From Balanoglossus misakiensis (lineage: Eukaryota; Animalia; Hemichordata), in assembly GCA_040954595.2 (NCBI GenBank), contig CM082584.2, positions 13,819,337 through 13,883,336 of the forward strand: DNA of 64,000 nucleotides, given 5' to 3'. The notes below the pieces were generated by a model, which was given only the letters and a program-made list of their open reading frames with translations, was not told where the DNA came from and ran no database searches. Both the position numbers and the translations under genes were made by a program. Of the stretch, positions 55,401 through 64,000 are shown piece by piece; position 1 is the first letter of the stretch, and every line of letters begins with the position of its first letter.

Positions 55401-58400
55401 ATGATGGCAGATGAAGATATTTGGATGTCAAATAAAGAACACATGCAGGTTTGCAGTCAACATTTTAAGAGTGAATATAGTGTTGGAACAAATCCAAACT
55501 TAACTCATTGAATCAATTTTATAATATATGTCACCACTTTGTTCATTGATCATGAATATTTTTTTTCTGTTGTTTTTTTAGAATATGGCAAAGAGTGCAG
55601 GCCGATGTTGTGTATCTCAATGTTTCCATTGATAGAAGTGGACAAGGACTTTGTTTCCCAGTCACCCAATAAACTACTTGCATGATGGCAGATGATGATA
55701 TTTATTTGAATGTCAAATAAAGAAAACATACAGGTTTGCAGTCAACATTTTAAGAGTGTATATAGTGTTGGAACAAATCCAAACTTAACTAATTGAATCA
55801 ATTTTATAAAATATGTCACCACTTTGTTCATTGATCATGAATATTTTTTTTTTCTGTTGTTTTGTTAGAATATGGCGAAGAGTGCAGGCTGATGTTGTGT
55901 ATCTGAATGTTGCCAATGGTAGAAGTGGACAAGGACTTGGTCTTCCAGTCAGCCAATAAAGTACTTGCATGATGGCAAATGAAGCAAGGTCAAGCATGAA
56001 GACTGATGTTTCATTTCTAAATGGTGCCAATGGTAGAAGTGGACAAGGACTTGGTCTTGCAGTCAGCCAATAAACAACTTACATGATGGCAGATGAAGAT
56101 ATATGGATGTCAAATAAAGAAAACGTACAGGTTTGCAGTCAACAAGTGTATATAGTATTGGAACAAATTCAAACTTAACTCATTGAATCAATTTTTTAAA
56201 ATATGTCACCACTTTGTTCATTGATCATGGATATTTTTGTTCTGTTTTGTTAGAATATGCCGAAGAGTGCAGGCTGATGTTGTGCATCTGAATGTTGCCA
56301 TTGGTAGAAGTGGACAAGGACTTGGTCTTGCTTTCACCCAATAAACTCTGTATGATAGCAGATGAAGATATTTGGATGTCAAATAAAGAAAACATACAGG
56401 TTTGCAGTCAACATTTTAAGAGTGTATATAGTGTTGGAACAAATCCAAGCTTAACTCATTGAATCAATTTCATAAAAAATGTCACCACTTTGTTCATTGA
56501 TCTTGAATATTTTTTTCTGTTGTTTTGTCAGAATATGGCGAAGAGTGCAGGCTGATGTTGTGTATCTGAATGTTGCCATTGGTAGAAGTGGACAAGGACA
56601 TGGTTTCCCAGTCACCCAATAAACTACTTGCATGATGGCAGATGAAGATATTTGGATGTCAAATAAAGAACACATACAGGTTTGCAGTCAACATTTTAAG
56701 AGTGTACATAGTATTGGAACAAATCCAAACTTAACTCATTGAATCAATTTTATAAAATATGTCACCACTTTGTTCAATGATCATGAATACTTTTTTTTCT
56801 GTTGTTTTGTTAGAATATGGCGAAGAGTGCAGGCTGATGTTGTGTATCTGAATGTTGCCAATGGTAGAAGTGGACAAGGACATGGTCTTCCAGTCAGCCA
56901 ATAAAGTACTTGCATGATGGCAGATGAAGCAAGTTCAAGCATGAAGACTGATGTTTAATTTCTAAATGGTGCCAACGGTAGAAGTGGACAAGGACTTGGT
57001 CTTGCAGTCAGCCAATAAACAACCTGCATGATGGCAGATGAAGATATTTGGATGTCAAATAAAGAAAACATACAGGTTTGCAGTCAACATTTTAAGAGTG
57101 TATATAGTATTGGAACAAATCCAAATTTAACTCATCGAATCAATTTATACAATCTTTCGCCAATTTGTTCATTAATCATGGATAATATTTTTCTGTTCTT
57201 TTGTTAGAATATGGCGAAGAGTGCAGACTGATGTTATGTATCTGAATGTTGCCATTGGTAGAAGTGGACAAGGACTTGGTCTTGCTTTCACTCAATAAAC
57301 TCTGCATGATGGCAGATGAAGATATTTGGATGTCAAATAAAGAAAACATACAGGTTTGCAGTCAACATTTTAAGAGTGTATATAGTGTTGGAACAAATCG
57401 AAACTTAACTCATTGAATCAATTTTATAAAATATGTCACCACTTTGTTCATTGATCATGAATAATTTTTTTCTGTTGTTTTGTTAGAATATGGCAAAGAG
57501 TGCAGGCTGATGTTGTGTATCTGAATGTTGCCATTGGTAGGAGTGGACAAGGACTTGGTTTCCCAGTCACCCAATTAACTACTTGCATGATGGCAGATGA
57601 AGATATTTGGATGTCAAATAAAGAAAACATACAGGTTTGCAGTCAACATTTTAAGAGTGTATATAGTGTTGGAACAAATCGAAACTTAACTCATTGAATA
57701 AATTTTATAAAATATGTCACCACTTTGTTCATTGATCATGAATAATTTTTTTCTGTTGTTTTGTTAGAATATGGCAAAGAGTGCAGGCTGATGTTGTGTA
57801 TCTGAATGTTGCCATTGGTAGGAGTGGACAAGGACTTGGTTTTCCAGTCACCCAATTAACTACTTGCATGATGGCAGATGAAGATATTTGGATGTCAAAT
57901 AAAGAAAACATACAGGTTTGCAGTCAACATTTTAAGAGTGTACATAGTATTGGAACAAATCCAAGCTTAACTCATTGCATTAATTTTATAAAATATGTCA
58001 CCACTTTGTTCATTGATCATGAATAATTTTTTTCTGTTGTTTTGTTAGAATATGGCAAAGAGTGCAGGCTGATGTTGTGTATCTGAATGTTGCCATTGGT
58101 AGGAGTGGACAAGGACTTGGTTTCCCAGTAACCCAATAAACTACTTGCATGATGGCAGATGAAGCAAGGTCAAGCATGAAGACTGATGTTTAATTTCTAA
58201 ATGGTGCCAACGGTAGAAGTGGACAAGGACTTGGTCTTGCAGTCAGCCAATAAACAACCTGCATGATGGCAGATGAAGATATTTGGATGTCAAATAAAGA
58301 AAACATACAGGTTTGCAGTCAACATTTTAAGAGTGTATATAGTATTGGAACAAATCCAAATTCAACTCATCGAATCAATTTATACAATCTTTCGCCAATT

Positions 58401-60385
58401 TGTTCATTAATCATGTATAATATTTTTCTGTTCTTTTGTTAGAATATGGCGAAGAGTGCAGGCTGATGTTGTGTATCTGAATGTTGCCATTGGTAGAAGT
58501 GGACAAGGACTTGGTCTTGCTTTCACTCAATAAACTCTGCATGATGGCAGATGAAGATATTTGGATGTCAAATAAAGAACACATGCAGGTTTGCAGTCAA
58601 CATTTTAAGAGTGTATATAGTGTTGGAACAAATCCAAACTCAACTCATTGAATCAATTTTATAAAATATGTCACCACTTTGTTCATTGATCATGAATAAT
58701 TTTTTTTCTGTTGTTTTGTTAGAATATGGCAAAGAGTGCAGGCTGATGTTGTGTATCTGAATGTTGCCATTGGTAGAAGTGGACATGGACATGGTCTTCC
58801 AGTCACCCAATAAACTACTTGCATGATGGCAGGTGAAGATATTTGGATGTCAAATAAAGAACACATACAGGTTTGCAGTCAACATTTTAAGAGTGTATAT
58901 AGTGTTGGAACAAATCAAAACTTAACTCATTGAATCAATTTTATAAAATATGTCACCACTTTGTTCATTGATCATGAATAATTTTTTTTATGTTGTTTAG
59001 TTAGAATATGGCGAAGAGTTCAGGGTGATGTTGTGTATCTGAATGTTGCCAATGGTAGAAGTGGACAAGGACATGGTCTTCCAGTCAGCCAATAAAGTAC
59101 TTGCATGATGGGAGATGAAGCAAGGTCAAGCATGAAGACTGATGTTTAATTTCTAAATGGTGCCAACGGTAGAACTGGACAAGGACTTGGTCTTGCAGTC
59201 AGCCAATAAACATCCTGCATGATGGCAGATGAAGATATTTGGATGTCAAATAAAGAAAACATACAGGTTTGTAGTCAACATTTTAAGAGTGTATATATTA
59301 TTGGAACAAATCCAAATTTAACTCATCGAATCAATTTATACAATCTTTCGCCAATTTGTTCATTAATCATGGATAATATTTTTCTGTTCTTTTGTTAGAA
59401 TATGGCGAAGAGTGCAGGCTGATGTTGTGTATCTGAATGTTGCCATTGGTAGAAGTGGACAAGGACTTGGTCTTGCTTTCACTCAATAAACTCTGCATGA
59501 TGGCAGATGAAGATACTTGGATGTCAAATAAAGAACACATACAGGTTTGCAGTCAACATTTTAAGAGTGTATATAGTGTTGGAACAAATCCAAACTTAAC
59601 TCATTGAATCAATTTTATAAAATATGTCACCACTTTGTTCATTGATCATGAATAATTTTGTTTCTGTTGTTTTGTTAGAATATGGCAAAGAGTGCAGGCT
59701 GATGTTGTGTATCTGAATGTTGCCATTGGTAGAAGTGGACAAGGGCTAGGTCTTGCTTTCACCCAATAAACTCTGCATGATGGCAGATGAAGATATTTGG
59801 ATTTCAAATAAAGAAAACATACAGGTTTGCAGTCAACATTTTAAGAGTGTATATAGTATTGGAACAAATCTAAATTTAACTAATTGAATCAATTTATACT
59901 ATCTTTCGCCAATTTGTTCATTAATCATGGATAACATTTTTCTGTTCTTTTGTTAGAATATGGCGAAGAGTGCAGGCTGATGTTGTGTATCTGAATGTTG
60001 CCATTGTTAGAAGTGGACAAGGACTTGGTCTTGCAATCACCCCATAAACTATTTGCATGATGGCAGATGAACATATCTGGTTTTCAAATGAAGAAAATAT
60101 AAAGGTTTGTAGTCAATATTTTAAGAGTGTGTGTAGTATTGGAACACATCCAAATTTAACTTAAGCTGAATGAATCAATGCTATAAAACGTGTCCCCACT
60201 TCATTCATTAAACGCGAATCTATTTTTTCTGTTTCTTTTTTAGCTCAAGCTGAAGTGTGAAGACTGGTGATTTTCCAAATGATGATGATGGTAGAAATGG
60301 ACAAGGACTTGGTCTACCAGCAACCCAATGAAATACTTGCATCTTGGCAGATGAAGTCTGAATGCCAGATAAAGAGAAGACATAG
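46454..60385. repeat. Higher-order tandem array: ~44 units of ~280 bp and ~385-394 bp
   Basis: The AG|AATATG landmark recurs at 46849, 47129, 47411, 47805, 48085, 48366, 48760 ... 59679, 59957 (43 counted); long units carry a 114-bp internal duplication. Confidence 0.95.
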
Positions 60386-61168
60386 ATTGTCAGTCAGCAT
60401 TTTAGGAGTTTATAATGAGAATGAAGAGAAAACTTATAGATTGTCTTCTGTCCAGTTTTCTATTAAAGTGTCACAATCTCTCTTTTTGAGCTTTGAATGT
60501 TGTCAAGTATACATTGAATACTTGCATTAGATTTCTGTGTTAAAATATAATGATTTTTAACTTCATCATTCTGTATCAAACAAAATTAATCTCTAAAAGA
60601 TAAAAAATAGAGAATGTTGCTGTTTAATCTATTTATCCAGTGGGGACTATGACATTGACTTTCCTTACATGTTCCCTTGAGCCCACTGGTTATATGTTAT
60701 GATAAGGAAGGATTCAGATTAGGACACAGTATTACTTATCTAACTGTAGCCTAAATGTCCATAGATACAGTATTTCTTAGAATCACAAGTTTGCACAGAC
60801 CAAACTTTGTTCAGTGAATTTTGCAGTCAAAGCAAATTGATTCAATCTGTGAAATTGTTTGTGCCATTTCAGCCAGCACACTCAAACACTAACCCTAACC
60901 CTAACTCTAACCCTAACCTTAACCCTTACCCTAACCCTTACCCTAACAACTAATACTTAGGCTGGAATGGTATAAACAGGCTCAGGGAAACTCTTTTTAA
61001 TAATGGGCTCCAATTTGTTCACCAGTTAAAAGTTCACAGATGAAAATATGTTTATGTATTGTATTTTAATTCAATTCAATTACCTGTCATTCCCAAAACC
61101 TGATAGTGAAGGTCAGGAAAATTAATAAATTTGAATTGTATGGGTACAGAAATGTCCTCTATGTATGC
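60345..61168 (+). repeat. Diverged direct duplicate of ~44634-45860
   Basis: Collinear shared blocks GAGTTTATAATGAGAATGAAG, GAAGGATTCAGATTAGGACACAGTAT, AACTGTAGCCTAAATGTCCATA, GCAGTCAAAGCAAATTGATTCAATCT, GGGTACAGAA. Confidence 0.85.
60889..60947. repeat. Interstitial telomere-like (CCCTAA)n tract, ~10 degenerate hexamers
   Basis: CTAACCCTAACCCTAACTCTAACCCTAACCTTAACCCTTACCCTAACCCTTACCCTAAC. Confidence 0.85.
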
Positions 61169-61173
61169 ATTTA

Positions 61174-61413
61174 TGACCCCAACCCTGACCCGTTACACCC
61201 CGCTGTTGCGGCAGACACTTGACCCCAACCCTGACCTGTTCCACCCCGCCGTTGCGGCAGACACTTGACCCCAACCCTGCCCCGTTCCACCCTGCCATTG
61301 TGGCAGACACTTGACCCCAACCCTGCCCCCTTCCACCCTGCCGTTGCTGCAGACATTTGACCCCAAACCAGCCCAGTTACACCCCGCCGTTGCCTCAGAC
61401 ACTTGACCCCAAC
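61174..61413. repeat. 46-bp minisatellite, ~5 copies
   Basis: TGACCCCAA starts at 61174, 61220, 61266, 61312, 61358 and 61404. Confidence 0.92.
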
Positions 61414-61423
61414 GACAGGAAGT

Positions 61424-64000
61424 GGAGGGCAACCTGGCCCCCTTCGACCGCCACGTTACGACCGGAAGTTGGAGGCAAACCTGATACCCAACCCCTTCTT
61501 CGACCGCCACGTTACCACCGGAAGTTGGAGGGCAAACCTGATACCCAACCCCTTCTTCGACCGCCACGTTACCACCGGAAGTTGGAGGGCAAACCTGATA
61601 CCCAACCCCTTCTTCGACCGCCACGTTACCACCGGAAGTTGGAGGGCAAACCTGATACCCAACCCCTTCTTCGACCGCCACGTTACCACCGGAAGTTGGA
61701 GGGCAAACCTGATACCCAACCCCTTCTTCGACCGCCACGTTACCACCGGAAGTTGGAGGGCAAACCTGATACCCAACCCCTTCTTCGACCGCCACGTTAC
61801 CACCGGAAGTTGGAGGCCAAACCTGATACCCAACCCCTTCTTCGACCGCCACGTTACCACCGGAAGTTGGAGGCCAAACCTGATACCCAACCCCTTCTTC
61901 GACCGCCACGTTACCACCGGAAGTTGGAGGCCAAACCTGATACCCAACCCCTTCTTCGACCGCCACGTTACCACCGGAAGTTGGAGGCCAAACCTGATAC
62001 CCAACCCCTTCTTCGACCGCCACGTTACCACCGGAAGTTGGAGGCCAAACCTGATACCCAACCCCTTCTTCGACCGCCACGTTACCACCGGAAGTTGGAG
62101 GCCAAACCTGATACCCAACCCCTTCTTCGACCGCCACGTTACCACCGGAAGTTGGAGGCCAAACCTGATACCCAACCCCTTCTTCGACCGCCACGTTACC
62201 ACCGGAAGTTGGAGGCCAAACCTGATACCCAACCCCTTCTTCGACCGCCACGTTACCACCGGAAGTTGGAGGGCAAACCTGATACCCAACCCCTTCTTCG
62301 ACCGCCACGTTACCACCGGAAGTTGGAGGGCAAACCTGATACCCAACCCCTTCTTCGACCGCCACGTTACCACCGGAAGTTGGAGGGCAAACCTGATACC
62401 CAACCCCTTCTTCGACCGCCACGTTACCACCGGAAGTTGGAGGGCAAACCTGATACCCAACCCCTTCTTCGACCGCCACGTTACCACCGGAAGTTGGAGG
62501 GCAAACCTGATACCCAACCCCTTCTTCGACCGCCACGTTACCACCGGAAGTTGGAGGGCAAACCTGATACCCAACCCCTTCTTCGACCGCCACGTTACCA
62601 CCGGAAGTTGGAGGGCAAACCTGATACCCAACCCCTTCTTCGACCGCCACGTTACCACCGGAAGTTGGAGGGCAAACCTGATACCCAACCCCTTCTTCGA
62701 CCGCCACGTTACCACCGGAAGTTGGAGGGCAAACCTGATACCCAACCCCTTCTTCGACCGCCACGTTACCACCGGAAGTTGGAGGGCAAACCTGATACCC
62801 AACCCCTTCTTCGACCGCCACGTTACCACCGGAAGTTGGAGGGCAAACCTGATACCCAACCCCTTCTTCGACCGCCACGTTACCACCGGAAGTTGGAGGG
62901 CAAACCTGATACCCAACCCCTTCTTCGACCGCCACGTTACCACCGGAAGTTGGAGGGCAAACCTGATACCCAACCCCTTCTTCGACCGCCACGTTACCAC
63001 CGGAAGCTGGAGGCCAAACCTGATACCCAAACCCTTCTTCGACCGCCAGGTTACCACCGGGAGCTGGAGGGCAAACCTGATACCCAACCCCTTCTTCGAC
63101 CGCCAGGTTACCACCGGGAGCTGGAGGGCAAACCTGATACCCAACCCCTTCTTCGACCGCCAGGTTACCACCGGGAGCTGGAGGGCAAACCTGATACCCA
63201 ACCCCTTCTTCGACCGCCAGGTTACCACCGGGAGCTGGAGGGCAAAACCTGATACCCAACCCCTTCTTCGACCGCCAGGTTACCACCGGGAGCTGGAGGG
63301 CAAAACCTGATACCCAACCCCTTCTTCGACCGCCAGGTTACCACCGGGAGCTGGAGGGCAAAACCTGATACCCAACCCCTTCTTCGACCGCCAGGTTACC
63401 ACCGGGAGCTGGAGGGCAAAACCTGATACCCAACCCCTTCTTCGACCGCCAGGTTACCACCGGGAGCTGGAGGGCAAACCCTGATACCCAACCCCTTCTT
63501 CGACCGCCAGGTTACCACCGGGAGCTGGAGGGCAAACCCTGATACCCAACCCCTTCTTCGACCGCCAGGTTACCACCGGGAGCTGGAGGGCAAACCCTGA
63601 TACCCAACCCCTTCTTCGACCGCCAGGTTACCACCGGGAGCTGGAGGGCAAACCCTGATACCCAACCCCTTCTTCGACCGCCAGGTTACCACCGGGAGCT
63701 GGAGGGCAAACCCTGATACCCAACCCCTTCTTCGACCGCCAGGTTACCACCGGGAGCTGGAGGGCAAACCCTGATACCCAACCCCTTCTTCGACCGCCAG
63801 GTTACCACCGGGAGCTGGAGGGCAAACCCTGATACCCAACCCCTTCTTCGACCGCCAGGTTACCACCGGGAGCTGGAGGGCAAACCCTGATACCCAACCC
63901 CTTCTTCGACCGCCAGGTTACCACCGGGAGCTGGAGGGCAAACCCTGATACCCAACCCCTTCTTCGACCGCCAGGTTACCACCGGGAGCTGGAGGGCAAA
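61424..64000. repeat. 57/58-bp GC-rich minisatellite, ~45 copies, truncated by the window end
   Basis: Unit CGACCGCCACGTTACCACCGGAAGTTGGAGGGCAAACCTGATACCCAACCCCTTCTT; 58-bp variants from ~63240. Confidence 0.97.

Noticed and set aside
57500-58026. PDZ-like GQGLGF peptide in array units (VVYLNVAIGRSGQGLGFPV)
   Set aside because: Followed by TAA in nearly all units, the rest does not resemble a PDZ, and unit lengths break the frame; likely chance
60889-60947. True chromosome end
   Set aside because: Short, degenerate, and embedded in sequence that continues collinearly with the duplicate copy
61193-63310. Four long ORFs (590-697 aa) on both strands
   Set aside because: They arise because a 57-bp unit (multiple of 3) lacks stops in several frames; there is almost no synonymous variation and the frame breaks where 58-bp units begin
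46454-64000. CRISPR-like regular repeats
   Set aside because: No unique spacers, no cas genes, and a eukaryotic intron-containing context

Overview
AT-rich, intron-containing animal (invertebrate bilaterian) genomic DNA. Bases 1-42 kb hold three spliced + strand genes rebuilt by hand from GT-AG exons. The first is the 3' part of an Erbin/Densin-180-type LAP gene (LRR-LAPSD-PDZ; start lies upstream of the window). The second is a complete Disabled (Dab) PTB adaptor and the third a complete 9-exon calreticulin ending HDEL, with a perfect ERSE in its promoter. Calreticulin introns carry one convincing and one probable box C/D snoRNA. Introns and intergenic DNA contain many short non-autonomous DNA transposons, including two unrelated TAG...CTA palindromes with 9-bp target-site duplications. 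Bases 44.6-64 kb are repetitive: inverted (CATA)n/(TATG)n blocks, then a ~13.9 kb higher-order tandem array of ~44 units of ~280/394 bp, each built like an exon plus intron and bracketed by an old direct duplication. After that come a short telomere-like tract, a G4-prone 46-bp minisatellite and a 57/58-bp CpG-rich minisatellite with ETS sites running off the window end. All calls are by eye; no alignments or database searches were run.
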